Position numbers and translations under genes: made by a program | Shown: positions 50,244 to 61,086 of the stretch, in pieces | Layout: every line of letters starts with the position of its first letter | How positions within the stretch are numbered: the first letter of the stretch is position 1 | Notes under the pieces: generated by a model | The model's input: the letters and a program-made list of their open reading frames with translations, nothing else | The model's database searches: none | Told to the model about the DNA's origin: nothing | Source: Candidatus Heimdallarchaeota archaeon | GTDB taxonomy: Archaea > Asgardarchaeota > Heimdallarchaeia > Heimdallarchaeales > Heimdallarchaeaceae | Assembly (NCBI GenBank): GCA_030603365.1 | Contig: JAUVXV010000014.1 | Coordinates: 32,001-96,000, forward strand | Length of the DNA stretch: 64,000 nucleotides | Reading direction: 5' to 3'

Positions 50244-51320
50244 CTATAAATTCCATACTTCTTCAATTGCTGTAAGGAGTTCTTTCAAACCTTCTAGAGT
50301 ATGATCACCCATGTGTCCAATTCTGAAAGTTAGTCCTTTTAGCTTGCCATAACCGTTTGCTATGACCAATCCTTTTTCAGCAAGTCCTTTGTTGAGTTCT
50401 CCAACATCTTTCTCCAACTTATTTTCTACAGTTGTAACTGTAACTGATCTATATCCTTCTTCTGCGAATAGACCAAAACCATGTTCTAGAGCCCATTCAT
50501 GTGTGTAATCAGCCATCTCTTTGTGACGTTTGGAGATATTCTCAGCACCTTCTTCCAGCATCTGTTTAAGTTTATAATCCAGTGCAAATAGAAGAGATAT
50601 GTTTGGTGTTGAGGGAGTTTGTTTCTTCTTTTCATAATATCCAAGCACTTTTTCTAGATTGATATAAAGTCCCTTATTAGGAACTTCTTTTGCTCTATCC
50701 AAAGCTTTCTGAGACACAATCCCAATAGCAAGACCTGGAGGTAATGCGAAACACTTTTGTGTTGAAGCAAAAACCAAATCTGTTCCCCATTCATCTGGTA
50801 ATAATAAATCTCCACCCATTGAAGAAACAGCATCTACAACCAGTAAAGTGTTCGGATAATCTTTCAACAATTCACCAATTGCTTTCAGATCTGCTTTTAC
50901 TCCTGTACTAGTTTCATTGAAACAAACAGTCACAATATCATAATCAGATTCATCTAATTTTTCTTTAATCATTTCTGTTGTAATGGCCTTTCCCCATTCA
51001 ACATCTAACTTATCAGCTGTTAGTCCGCTATCCACAATTGCTTCATACATTCTAGATGAGAATGAACCATTTACACATGCCAAAGCTTTTTTTCCGGGTC
51101 TAATTAGATTTCTTGCGGCTATATCCATAAACAGAGTTCCTGAAGCTGTAAGAGCCATAACATGTTGCTCTGTTTTGAAGAATTTGTGCAACTGAGTTAA
51201 AACACTATCATAAAGTAGTGTAAAATCATTACTTCTGTGCCCAAACAAAGGTTTAGCTTGTTGTTTTAAAACATCCTCTTTAACTTCTGTTGGTCCTGGT
51301 ATCCATAATTTCTTTTGCAT
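50244..51320 (-). CDS. Class V aminotransferase (serine-pyruvate/phosphoserine type)
   Basis: IPGPTEV, HRS, NETSTG, DAVSS, STQKCFALPPG, FRIGHMG. Confidence 0.9.
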   Translation of the reverse strand: MQKKLWIPGPTEVKEDVLKQQAKPLFGHRSNDFTLLYDSVLTQLHKFFKTEQHVMALTASGTLFMDIAARNLIRPGKKALACVNGSFSSRMYEAIVDSGLTADKLDVEWGKAITTEMIKEKLDESDYDIVTVCFNETSTGVKADLKAIGELLKDYPNTLLVVDAVSSMGGDLLLPDEWGTDLVFASTQKCFALPPGLAIGIVSQKALDRAKEVPNKGLYINLEKVLGYYEKKKQTPSTPNISLLFALDYKLKQMLEEGAENISKRHKEMADYTHEWALEHGFGLFAEEGYRSVTVTTVENKLEKDVGELNKGLAEKGLVIANGYGKLKGLTFRIGHMGDHTLEGLKELLTAIEEVWNL

Positions 51321-51382
51321 TATATCACCTTAATTATCACGTTGATTCAGCTTATAGGATAAAAAAGGTTATTGTCTCACGC

Positions 51383-51805
51383 CTAATCTTCAATGGATGG
51401 AATCTTATAAAGAAGTTGTTCAATAGGTCCTTCATCTATCTTCTCAGGGATAGGAAGACCACTTGATTTACTATTTAACCAAATTTTGATAGCAGAATAA
51501 ATCAGAGAACTGATCATTAGTGATAAAGTGAAAATGACAACAAACATCCAGGTTTCTATTGGACTTCCACCGAACATCAAAAGGTAGATGGAAACAGGCA
51601 ATATCAAGATGCAAATTGATGCTAGAGGAAGACCTATGAAAAGAAAGAGAATTTCATTCCAAATAAAAAGCATAAGCTCACTCCTTTTTTCACTAAAATA
51701 TGAAATAAAGAAAACCATGAAGAGAGTAATTGCTACCATTGAGAGTAAAAGAATCCCAAAAGCTAACAGCCATAGGTTTTCAACAAAGCTATGAACTACA
51801 AGCAT
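51383..51805 (-). CDS. Hypothetical membrane protein; frame stays open upstream to 51892
   Basis: 3-4 TM helices. Confidence 0.6.
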   Translation of the reverse strand: MLVVHSFVENLWLLAFGILLLSMVAITLFMVFFISYFSEKRSELMLFIWNEILFLFIGLPLASICILILPVSIYLLMFGGSPIETWMFVVIFTLSLMISSLIYSAIKIWLNSKSSGLPIPEKIDEGPIEQLLYKIPSIED

Positions 51806-52109
51806 TAAGATCCCTTCGATGAGAAAGAATAAACCGATAACGATTCCTTCTTTGAAAATATCTTCATCTTTATATTTAGATCTTAATCTTATCTAAAATT
51901 TCTACATTCTCATCTTCTATAAATCTTATTTATTTATAATTTTCAAGGATGTTTTTGTAAGTTGTATTACGATTGCTTTTATATCTCTTAAATAATTGGG
52001 GAAAAAAACGTTTAAAGCCCCTAATTCTTTATTTTCAAAGCCTCTAAACTGTTTTTCACATGTGAATGTTATGGTAAGGTTTTTTAGGGAAAGTTTCGAA
52101 TGATGTCTG

Positions 52110-53732
52110 ATGGCTATCCAAGATAGAGATAAACAGAAGTCAGCTCTTGAGAAGACTATGCGGAAATTTTCAGATCTACTGCCTTCTGTTAAACTAGAAG
52201 TTGCTCCTGCTGAAAAAGCCTTAGTAATTATTGATGGAACAGATAAGTCTAAAGCAACTGTTCTAGTTGCAGGAGAGCTAAATAGACATTTTGGTACAAA
52301 AATAGATGTAATTTGCTTCTATGAAGATCAATCTACCTCTACTGCATCTGCTTCTAAAGAAAGTTATGAAGATTCTTTATCGTTTGCATATGAACATCTT
52401 CGCAGTGACGATTTTGAAATCAAAGGTGAGGTTATCGAAAATATAGAAAATCTAAAATCAATTCTAGATAATGTCATTCAAACAGTAAAATACGACATAT
52501 TTTTAGTACCCTCTTCATTCATTGGACTAGAAGAAATAGAAATCCAAGAAGATGAGGATGAAGATACTGAGGCAAGCGTTACTGTATTAGGCGATGTCTT
52601 CGAATATCTACTCGAAGAAGTAAAGAATATTCCTGTTCTACTCATAGAAAGCGAAAAAATAAATCTAGAGCTTCTGTGGAAGAATATAGCAATTGTCTTC
52701 AGTAATACAACTCAACTCAGCTATTTGTTTGAAAAAGCAATGAGATACAGTTTAAAGAAATCAGAGGTTCATCTCTTAATAAATATTGATCCAATTTACC
52801 ATGAGGATAAAAGTCAAGATGAATTAGAAGCATTAATAAAGAAAAGTACAGAAGACTTAGAGATATTTGAAAAAGCAAATTCTCAAGTGTTTAAAGAAGC
52901 TTCTAGATATGTTGATAGCCACCTTCTATCTACCGATAATTTTGATGATTTTAAGAAAGAATTACATACAATTGGCAAAGATGTTGGTATGCTTATCATT
53001 TACATGCCTTCAAAACATTCTAGTCTTTATGGATTCTTTACAGAACTCCTAGAAGATAGTGATATCACCTTTCCAATCCTTATAGCCAAGAGAAAAATTG
53101 ATGTTAAAAAAGAGGAAGTTGGACAACCAAAGAAAGAAGAAGCAGAGGATTCTCCTAAGGATGAAGAGGAAAGTGAAGCAGAAATTAAAGAAGAAGTAGA
53201 AGAAAAAATAGTGATTGACGAATCTTTAAAAGAATCTATAAAAGAAGAAGTCAAAAAAGATATACTAGGACTTACAGCGAAACCTGAAGAAAAAGAAGAA
53301 GAAGTAGTCGAAGAAAAAGATACTAAGAAAATTAAAACAAAAGAAATAGAAGAAAAAGAGGAGGAAGAGGAAATGTCAGAGATTGAAGAAATAAAAGAAG
53401 AAGTAATAGAAGAGGTCATTGAAGAAATCAAAAAAGAAGTCGTTAAAGAAGTCAAAGATGAACCTAAGAAAGAGATCAAGGAAGAGGTCGAAAAAGAGCT
53501 CAACAAAGAAGAAAGTATTGAGGAATTAAAAGACACTATTCTTGAAGAGATCAAGGAAGAAATCAAGGAAGAAATCAAATACGAACTCAAGAAAGACCTA
53601 AAAGAACCTAAAAAAGAACTCAAAGAAAAAGTAATTGAGGAAATGAAAGAAGAAGCTGAAGAAGCAACTAAGGAAGAAGAAGAGGAAGAGGAAGAGGAAG
53701 AGGAAGTTACTTCAAGAATGGACTTTGAGTAA
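52110..53732 (+). CDS. Universal-stress-protein-like tandem domains with long Glu/Lys-rich tail
   Basis: ALVIIDGT..S, VLGDVFEYLL....IPVLLI, FPILIAK USP-like motifs; about 210 aa E/K-rich C-terminus. Confidence 0.6.
   Translation: MAIQDRDKQKSALEKTMRKFSDLLPSVKLEVAPAEKALVIIDGTDKSKATVLVAGELNRHFGTKIDVICFYEDQSTSTASASKESYEDSLSFAYEHLRSDDFEIKGEVIENIENLKSILDNVIQTVKYDIFLVPSSFIGLEEIEIQEDEDEDTEASVTVLGDVFEYLLEEVKNIPVLLIESEKINLELLWKNIAIVFSNTTQLSYLFEKAMRYSLKKSEVHLLINIDPIYHEDKSQDELEALIKKSTEDLEIFEKANSQVFKEASRYVDSHLLSTDNFDDFKKELHTIGKDVGMLIIYMPSKHSSLYGFFTELLEDSDITFPILIAKRKIDVKKEEVGQPKKEEAEDSPKDEEESEAEIKEEVEEKIVIDESLKESIKEEVKKDILGLTAKPEEKEEEVVEEKDTKKIKTKEIEEKEEEEEMSEIEEIKEEVIEEVIEEIKKEVVKEVKDEPKKEIKEEVEKELNKEESIEELKDTILEEIKEEIKEEIKYELKKDLKEPKKELKEKVIEEMKEEAEEATKEEEEEEEEEEEVTSRMDFE
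53100..53710 (+). repeat. GAA/AAA-rich low-complexity coding region
   Basis: IKEE/VKEE pseudo-repeats and a poly-Glu run. Confidence 0.8.
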
Positions 53733-53833
53733 TCAAGATAAAATAAATGTGACTGAAAATCACATATATATTAACACCAAGAGTTAGTTTGGTTTAAGTA
53801 GATGCGTTATTATATTTCGAAAACGGTGATAGA

Positions 53834-55351
53834 TTGGCTAGTGTATTAGATAATTATGGTTGGATTGCAACAATTATAATTGTCATAATTGTACTAGCTA
53901 CAATATTGCTACTAATGAAGGAAGGAGTAGATGCAACAAAAATTACGGTTACAGGTGCAGTAGTTGTAGCACTGATATATATGTTTGCTATGGATTGGAA
54001 AGTAGGTTTCGAAGAAAACCTGAGTTTTGAACACGTCCCACATAACTTCTTGGAAGCTTTATCTCAAACAATTAATGTCGAAGCTATACTGATAATTTTC
54101 TCTGTGAGCATTATTGTTGCTCTCACTAAAGGAGCAGGTTTCTTTGATTTCATTTCTCTATCCATTGTTAAGCTTACTAAAGGGGACCCAAGAAGATTAA
54201 TGGTATCATTAGGGGCACTAACTTTCTTTGTTTCAATGTTTTTCGATAATCTTTCAGCAATTATTCTACTAGGATCACTTACAGTAGTAATTTGTAAGCA
54301 ACTTGAATTAAGAATTCAACCATTTGTGCTCTTTGTTGGCATAAACACCATTATAGGTGGTTTACCTACACCAGTTTCTTCTCTTCCTAACATCATCTTT
54401 TTCAATTTACTCAAACCAGGAACATTAACAAAAGAAGTTAGTTTTATTACTTTTATGGGTTACATGCTTCCAATTGCCATATTTTTCTTCGGGATTGCTA
54501 CAGCATTTTTCTTCTTCATTTATAGAAAAGACATTCTTATCCAAGTTCCAGATGAGAAGAAGGAGCAATTAAGTAGAATTAACCCTTGGTCAGGTGTTGA
54601 GGATAGAAAGAACATTTGGAAATCTTTAGTTCTTCTAAGCATTTTATTTGTTGGTTTTCTTCTAACTAGTATCCAAGTTGATGCAACACAAATAAGCATT
54701 GGATTGAGAGACGTCGTGCATTTATCGTCTGTTGAGAGTCTTTCTTTTGGGTATAATAGTCATGTCGTTACTATATTCCAATTTCCTGATGTAGCTTTTA
54801 TGGCACTTATCGTTGCTATAATAGGTATTTTCCTATTTAGAAAAGACTTGAAGCATTATCTGGAGGAAGGTGTAGAATGGGAAATGATCGTTTTCTTCAT
54901 TGCTTTATTCGTACTCATGGGCGTTTTAACAGCTTCTGGTGCTCTATCTCCTCTAACAAAAATCATGAGCAGTTTCCTCACTCCTGATGCATCAGGAAAT
55001 ATACCTGTTGGAGGACAAATATTAGTTGCACTAATTATTGGTGTAGTTGGATTACCTATTACGGGGTTCTTGAATGGATCTTCAGCTGCACTGATATTCT
55101 CATATATCTTCCAAACTCTTCCACGAGGCATATTACCTGGATTATGGATTGGGTTTGTTTTAGGAGGAAATATAGGTGGGGCACTGTCACCGTTGGGGTC
55201 AATTACAATTCTAATGGCGCTTGAGATTCTAAAAAGAGAAGGAGATAAGATTTCATTCCTTCGATATATCGTTAAGATGCTCCCTTTGACACTTTTATTT
55301 AGCGTACTTAGTATAGGTTACTCAATGCTGTTAATAGGGATAGGTTTGTAA
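53834..55351 (+). CDS. ArsB/NhaD/SLC13 (IT superfamily) ion or anion permease
   Basis: SMFFDNL, IGGLPTPVSSLPNII, VEWEMIVFFIALF, GGNIGGALSPLGS. Confidence 0.85.
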   Translation: MASVLDNYGWIATIIIVIIVLATILLLMKEGVDATKITVTGAVVVALIYMFAMDWKVGFEENLSFEHVPHNFLEALSQTINVEAILIIFSVSIIVALTKGAGFFDFISLSIVKLTKGDPRRLMVSLGALTFFVSMFFDNLSAIILLGSLTVVICKQLELRIQPFVLFVGINTIIGGLPTPVSSLPNIIFFNLLKPGTLTKEVSFITFMGYMLPIAIFFFGIATAFFFFIYRKDILIQVPDEKKEQLSRINPWSGVEDRKNIWKSLVLLSILFVGFLLTSIQVDATQISIGLRDVVHLSSVESLSFGYNSHVVTIFQFPDVAFMALIVAIIGIFLFRKDLKHYLEEGVEWEMIVFFIALFVLMGVLTASGALSPLTKIMSSFLTPDASGNIPVGGQILVALIIGVVGLPITGFLNGSSAALIFSYIFQTLPRGILPGLWIGFVLGGNIGGALSPLGSITILMALEILKREGDKISFLRYIVKMLPLTLLFSVLSIGYSMLLIGIGL

Positions 55352-55499
55352 CTAGTTCTTTTCTATCCAAGTGTTTACATTAGAAAGGATAATTGGTTTT
55401 CTTCTACGGGTTTTACATTCTATAAATTATGATATTAGTAAATATTTGTTTGATATTGGTGTTTGAAGAATTGCTGGAAAAACTAGAAGAAAAAGAAAA

Positions 55500-56552
55500 T
55501 TAATTCTTTTCCATCCAGGTTCGTCCATCCCAATGGGTCATTCCTTTGGTTGCAACACCATCAGGTTTCTTCCCAGCTGCTAAATCTTCCTCTGATAACC
55601 AATACATTGATGGATGTTCAGCATTGTATAGGATGTTATAAGCTTGAGGCATGTGTTCAACAATAACATGTTCACTAACATCCCCATCATAGATCTCTCC
55701 GTCATGTTCCATACCTATGGGACTTTCTAACTGCACTTCCACTTTCTTGGCATATTTGTATTGTACACCTTTGAGGTTCAAATGTTCTCCTTTGAATATC
55801 TTCTGAATTCCTAAGAGCGTTTGGAATTTTGTCATATTTTTTGATATCATCACATCGAAGAAATCATTCTGAGGATGTGCATTTACACATGCAAGCATTC
55901 CCCCACCAACACTTTTACCTATACCTATCGCTATCAACATTAGTTTGAAATCAATTGGATCTCCATCATCTAGAATTATAGTCCCTTTTCTTTGCTTAAC
56001 TGTAGCAAGCTTCTTCAGAGCTAGTAATGTGTATTTTGATGGACCTTTAATCCAGCTCATTTCTCCATCCATATTACCTAAGTTTACAAGCGATGATATA
56101 CCAAAATCAAACATATTGCCAAAAAATACTTCAAACTTTGTGTCTGGATATTTAACACTACCAATTGAAGATGGTGAAACAACTGTTTTTTCTATTAGAG
56201 TTTTAGCAGCATTTTCAGGATCCCAAGGTATCCCCATAAAAGTACAGAAATCATTACCTGTACCAAAAGGGAGCACACCAAAAGCTATACTCTTTCTTTT
56301 TTGTTCTGAAAAACTCATTATACCATTAACCGCTTCATTGACAACACCATCACCACTAGCAACGATGATTCGATTAAAACCATCATCGATTGCTTGTTTT
56401 GTTATTTCCTGTCCTTGAGCTCTTTTAGTAGTAAAAACAACATCATAATCTATCCCACTTTCTTTGATTACTGGTTCAGCTTTTTCCCATCTTTTTGGAC
56501 ATAATCTTGAACCTGCATTGGGATTTACAATAAACTTCCATTTTAAAGCCAT
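55500..56552 (-). CDS. Diacylglycerol kinase family lipid kinase (YegS/BmrU-like)
   Basis: IVNPNAG, GDGVVNE, LPFGTGNDF, GGG, DGE. Confidence 0.9.
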   Translation of the reverse strand: MALKWKFIVNPNAGSRLCPKRWEKAEPVIKESGIDYDVVFTTKRAQGQEITKQAIDDGFNRIIVASGDGVVNEAVNGIMSFSEQKRKSIAFGVLPFGTGNDFCTFMGIPWDPENAAKTLIEKTVVSPSSIGSVKYPDTKFEVFFGNMFDFGISSLVNLGNMDGEMSWIKGPSKYTLLALKKLATVKQRKGTIILDDGDPIDFKLMLIAIGIGKSVGGGMLACVNAHPQNDFFDVMISKNMTKFQTLLGIQKIFKGEHLNLKGVQYKYAKKVEVQLESPIGMEHDGEIYDGDVSEHVIVEHMPQAYNILYNAEHPSMYWLSEEDLAAGKKPDGVATKGMTHWDGRTWMEKN

Positions 56553-56742
56553 GAGAGCTAGTTCTTTGGAACTTGCTTAAAAGCCTTTTAGTGTTATATG
56601 GTGAAAGAACAGTTCGAATTCAATTAGAGTTTATTCTTCTTGTAAAATTAATCTCAGGATATATTGGTTCTAGTTTTAGAACAGAAAAAAGAGAGAATGT
56701 TCTTGTTCTAGGCTTATAAGTAGATTAATTCTACAATTTCAT

Positions 56743-59004
56743 ATGGTTAGATTTACTAGAGCAACTAAAAGTATGTTGAAAGGAATAGGTCTTGCAGTTT
56801 TAGTCTCAGCTTCAGTTATTAGTCCCTTGCTCTATCCTCGTTTTTTTGTTAACAGAAACAATCTTTGGAAAGATATCGATAATTATACTTGGGAAGATAA
56901 AGAAGTGGATAGACTACCTCAAGAGGGGTTCGCTGTAACCCATCAAATCACACAGGAAACTGACACTTCTTTTGGGACCTATATACCCAAGAACATTGAG
57001 TATACTCCTGCAATTGTTCCTACACCGATTGCTCCAGATCTTTCGAATGTTGAAACTATTTTTGAGATGAGGGATTGGAACAATGAATCTCTTGAATTAA
57101 TAGCTGAACAAGGGTATCTAATAACAGAACTTCCGACAAATTCAATTTATTATTTATACGAAACCTATAATGGTTGGGAATCAGATGCAAAATACATCAC
57201 TACAGATTTATGTCTTCATACTTATCACAATTTATATTCGATGGCTTTGAAATTTACAGAGGGTGCGTATCTATTTCATGATTTTGAAATTTTGATTAAA
57301 AAGCTGAGAGATTCACAACTATTATTATTAGATAATTCTATGCATGAAGATGTTCAGGATGCAATATTGAAGAACATAGCTTATCTTTCCACATTACTAA
57401 ATCTATTAAATCAATCATATACTATTCCAGCAGAAGTTTATTCCATGACTACTCAAGAGCTATTCAACATCAATAATAGCGCAGGTTTTGCTTATTCACC
57501 TATTTTTGGTTATCAGGAAGATTACTCTCAATACAAAGTGAGAGGACACTATACAACAAATCAGATATTATCTAATTATTTCCAAGCAATGATGTACGCT
57601 GGAAGAATGGGTTTTCTTTTTCAGTATGAACAGCTGAATAGTGAAATGATTAAAGAACAAACTCGAATGGCTCTTTTACTTGTATCCTCATTCAATGAAA
57701 CAGTAGATGGTTCTCAGTTATGGGAATATTGGGAAAGAATCTATAGTATAACTTCTTTCTTCGTAGGTGAAAGTGATGATCTTACGATTCTAGATTATTA
57801 CAAAATCTGGAAACATTACGGTTATCCAGAATTAAATGACATTGCGGATGATGCTTTTATTTCTAAGGTAATCGAGGACTTAAAGAGTGCTCCACTCCCC
57901 AAAATTCTATCAATGTTAGTTACCTCATCTTCAGAAACATCTATTCCTCGTGGCTTGAGATTATTTGGGCAAGCATTCATCCCTGATTCATATATTTTTC
58001 AAGAGCTAGTACACGACAAAGTACCTCTCAGAATAATGCCAGATCCTTTGGATATTTTTTCTGTTTTTGGGAGTGAAAGAGCTTCCTATCTCCTTCAAAA
58101 TGAAACAGATATTTATCCAGAATATGAGTTACAAGTAAATCAATTACGTGATGAATTTAGCAGCCTTACTGATTATGATTGGTGTCAATCACTTTATTGG
58201 CTCCAACTGTATTCTCTCCTTCCTCTCCTACAGGAAAACTATACTGGATATCCAGGATATATGAAGAAGGATTCCTGGAAGGATAAATCACTACTAACAG
58301 CATTAGGTTCATGGACACAATTAAGACATGATACGCTTCTATATGGAAAACAGGGATATACAGCTCTAGGTCTTCATGGGGGATTTGGATATGTAGAACC
58401 TTATCCAGAGTTATATGCGAGGTTATCTAGTACAATCCAAATGATGAATGATGGGTTAAAAGCTAGAGGACTGCTCATTGAAGATTTTGAAAATAGATTG
58501 AACATTACTATGGGAATTTTTGATAGATTAACTGAAATCAGTATCAAAGAATTAGAAGATGAAGAACTAACTATAGATGATATTGACTATATTGATAATG
58601 TAGGAAATACTATGAATGTTCTAACAAGTTTTAGTAGTCCTATTTATAGCGAATGGATAAGAGAAAATGATGGTAGAGATGCTTTAATCGCTGATGTTCA
58701 TACTGATCCAAATACTGGAACTGCATTAGAAGTTGCAATTGGAAATCCGCTCTCAATCTTTGCAATTGTACAGGATCACTTAGGTAATTTGAGGGTAGTT
58801 CATGGGGGAATGTATTCTTATTATGAATTCACTGTTCCCATACACAGTAGATTAACAGATGAAGAATGGAGAGATATAGTGGATACTGATCCTCCAGATA
58901 TGCCAGATTGGATTCTGGATGGCTTACCATATCTTGATTTTGATCAGCTTTCTTATGAGATGTTAAATCCCAAATGCTACATAAAGATTAGAAAAAAGAT
59001 ATAA
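56743..59004 (+). CDS. DUF3160 family secreted protein
   Basis: DYSQYKVRGHYT, YFQAMMY, SWTQLRHDTLLYGKQ, GYVEPYP, IADVHTD, SYYEF, RLTDEEW. Confidence 0.9.
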   Translation: MVRFTRATKSMLKGIGLAVLVSASVISPLLYPRFFVNRNNLWKDIDNYTWEDKEVDRLPQEGFAVTHQITQETDTSFGTYIPKNIEYTPAIVPTPIAPDLSNVETIFEMRDWNNESLELIAEQGYLITELPTNSIYYLYETYNGWESDAKYITTDLCLHTYHNLYSMALKFTEGAYLFHDFEILIKKLRDSQLLLLDNSMHEDVQDAILKNIAYLSTLLNLLNQSYTIPAEVYSMTTQELFNINNSAGFAYSPIFGYQEDYSQYKVRGHYTTNQILSNYFQAMMYAGRMGFLFQYEQLNSEMIKEQTRMALLLVSSFNETVDGSQLWEYWERIYSITSFFVGESDDLTILDYYKIWKHYGYPELNDIADDAFISKVIEDLKSAPLPKILSMLVTSSSETSIPRGLRLFGQAFIPDSYIFQELVHDKVPLRIMPDPLDIFSVFGSERASYLLQNETDIYPEYELQVNQLRDEFSSLTDYDWCQSLYWLQLYSLLPLLQENYTGYPGYMKKDSWKDKSLLTALGSWTQLRHDTLLYGKQGYTALGLHGGFGYVEPYPELYARLSSTIQMMNDGLKARGLLIEDFENRLNITMGIFDRLTEISIKELEDEELTIDDIDYIDNVGNTMNVLTSFSSPIYSEWIRENDGRDALIADVHTDPNTGTALEVAIGNPLSIFAIVQDHLGNLRVVHGGMYSYYEFTVPIHSRLTDEEWRDIVDTDPPDMPDWILDGLPYLDFDQLSYEMLNPKCYIKIRKKI

Positions 59005-59043
59005 AGCTCGTAATTCTCTTTTTTTTGTGATAGAAATAATATA

Positions 59044-59550
59044 GTGAGACCAATGTTTCTAAGAAAAAGGACAAGCAAACCAGAGAAAGTACTGGAGCAT
59101 CCTACAACTCTAAAATTGTACCTATTTTTGAAAGCAAAAGAACCTAATGAAATTGGTGTAAGAGAAGCACAAAGAGCGTTAGAGCTAAGAAGTTCAAGCA
59201 CAATAGCTTGGCATCTAGATAAATTAGAAGAAGCACAATATGTTGAAAAAAGAGCAAATAACAAATATATACTTACAAAAAAAGGGATAGAAAAACAAGG
59301 ATTGAAAGTTCCTGTTCTGATACCTGCGCAAACCATTAAGGGGTTGATGATACCAAGGAACATATTCTTACTTAGTTTTCTTTTAGTTTCTGCAATTGCA
59401 GTTGTAATCTCTCTATTCTATTCATATTTGGTAGCTACTTATGCAGGATTAGCAGGATTGGTGGTTGGATCAGTTTTGGTATTCAGAGAATACTTACAGT
59501 TGAGAAAACAATTTAGGTTCTACAAATTCATATCTGAAGAAACTGATTAA
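59044..59550 (+). CDS. Winged-HTH protein with two C-terminal TM helices
   Basis: IGVREAQRALELRSSSTIAWHLDKL. Confidence 0.75.
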   Translation: MRPMFLRKRTSKPEKVLEHPTTLKLYLFLKAKEPNEIGVREAQRALELRSSSTIAWHLDKLEEAQYVEKRANNKYILTKKGIEKQGLKVPVLIPAQTIKGLMIPRNIFLLSFLLVSAIAVVISLFYSYLVATYAGLAGLVVGSVLVFREYLQLRKQFRFYKFISEETD

Positions 59551-59621
59551 GAAACGATTCTTCATTTTTTGATTAAATGAAAACATTAAATGTTATAATT
59601 AGCATGTTTATATGATAATTA

Positions 59622-61055
59622 ATGTCCAAAAAATATGATCTCATTATAATTGGTGGGGGTACTACTGGTCTAGTAGCATCCAAATATTCTGCTTTATTTG
59701 GAGCAAAAACATTACTTGTTGAAGCTGAGAAGATAGGAGGGGACTGTACTTGGACAGGATGTGTCCCTAGTAAATCACTTCTTTATGCTGCTTCATTAAT
59801 CAATAACATCTCCATAGCTGAAAGTTTAGGAATGATTGAGGGCAGATATGAATTAAATTTCAACTCTATCATGAGTTATGTGAAGAAGATCATTAAAGAC
59901 ATCTATGAAGAAGAAAAACCTGAGGTTTTAGAAAAACAAGGAATAGATGTAATTTTAGGAGTAGCTAGATTCATTTCTCCTAAGGAAATAGAAGTCAAAG
60001 GTGAAATATATAAGTCTAAAAGGTTTATATTGGCAACTGGAGCAAGACCTATTATTCCTTATGATTCGATTGAAGGGCTTGATTCTACTCCTTTTCTTAC
60101 TACTGATTCTATTTTTGGCATACCTGAACTTCCTCAACATCTAATTATCATAGGTGCAGGGCCTATTGGGTGTGAGTTAGGACAAGCATTCAAACGACTG
60201 GGAGCTGAAGTAACAATTGTTGATATGATGGAAAGATTGCTTCCTAAAGACGACCAAAAAGCAAGTGAGGTAATTCAATCAATTTTCACGCAGGAAGGGA
60301 TAAAGGCTGTTTTAGGAGAATCAGTCACCAAGGTTAAGCAAAATTCCATAGGGGAAATTGAAGTGATTACAACTAAAGGAAAGAAGATCTTAGGGTCTGA
60401 TTTACTTCTTGCTATAGGAAGAGAACCAAACTTCACAAAATTAAATCTAGAAGCAACAAAAGTTAGAGTTGAAAATAATAGAATTCTAGTTAATAGCAAA
60501 CTTCAAACCTCGCAGAAGAGCATTTTAGCAGCTGGTGACTGCATCAGTCCGTATCATTTTACACACATCGCAGGATATCAAGGTTTTATTGCAGCTAGAA
60601 ATGCTTTGCTTCCCTTTAGTAGTAAAGGCTTACCTAATCTCATAACTTGGGTTACCTTTACTGATCCAGAGGTTGCTTTTGTTGGAAGAACCGATTATTT
60701 GAAAGATAATACAGCTGGCAGCTTCAAGGAAGAGTTTTTTCTAGAGAAAAAAGTAGATAGAGCTTTGACAGATTCGAAATCTAAAGGTTTCATTAAAACT
60801 ATTTCTAACGAAAAAGGGAAATTAATGAGTGTTACAATAGTGTCTCCAAGAGCTGGAGAGATGATTCATGAGTGGTTACTAGCAATGGACAACAGCATCA
60901 AAGTATCTAGTATTGCAACAGTAGTTCATGCCTATCCCACATATTCAATGGGAACAATGCAATTAGCTGGAGAGATGACAGAAAAGAAGTTACTAGAAGG
61001 TTCATTAGGTAGTTTCTTGCGAAGGATTTCGAAAGTGTATAGAAGTTTTAAATAA
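59622..61055 (+). CDS. Pyridine nucleotide-disulfide oxidoreductase (dihydrolipoamide dehydrogenase/MerA-like)
   Basis: GGGTTG, GGDCTWTGCVPSK, GAGPIG.E, TFTDPE, HAYPT; no C-terminal Cys pair. Confidence 0.88.
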   Translation: MSKKYDLIIIGGGTTGLVASKYSALFGAKTLLVEAEKIGGDCTWTGCVPSKSLLYAASLINNISIAESLGMIEGRYELNFNSIMSYVKKIIKDIYEEEKPEVLEKQGIDVILGVARFISPKEIEVKGEIYKSKRFILATGARPIIPYDSIEGLDSTPFLTTDSIFGIPELPQHLIIIGAGPIGCELGQAFKRLGAEVTIVDMMERLLPKDDQKASEVIQSIFTQEGIKAVLGESVTKVKQNSIGEIEVITTKGKKILGSDLLLAIGREPNFTKLNLEATKVRVENNRILVNSKLQTSQKSILAAGDCISPYHFTHIAGYQGFIAARNALLPFSSKGLPNLITWVTFTDPEVAFVGRTDYLKDNTAGSFKEEFFLEKKVDRALTDSKSKGFIKTISNEKGKLMSVTIVSPRAGEMIHEWLLAMDNSIKVSSIATVVHAYPTYSMGTMQLAGEMTEKKLLEGSLGSFLRRISKVYRSFK

Positions 61056-61086
61056 TATCAAACAATTGAGCTCTAAATTTAGATAA

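Noticed and set aside
53027-53623. 198-aa Ser-rich minus-strand ORF
   Set aside because: Antisense shadow of the GAA-rich Glu/Lys tail.
59622-61055. Mercuric reductase merA
   Set aside because: Lacks the C-terminal Cys-Cys pair and NmerA domain; no mer genes nearby.
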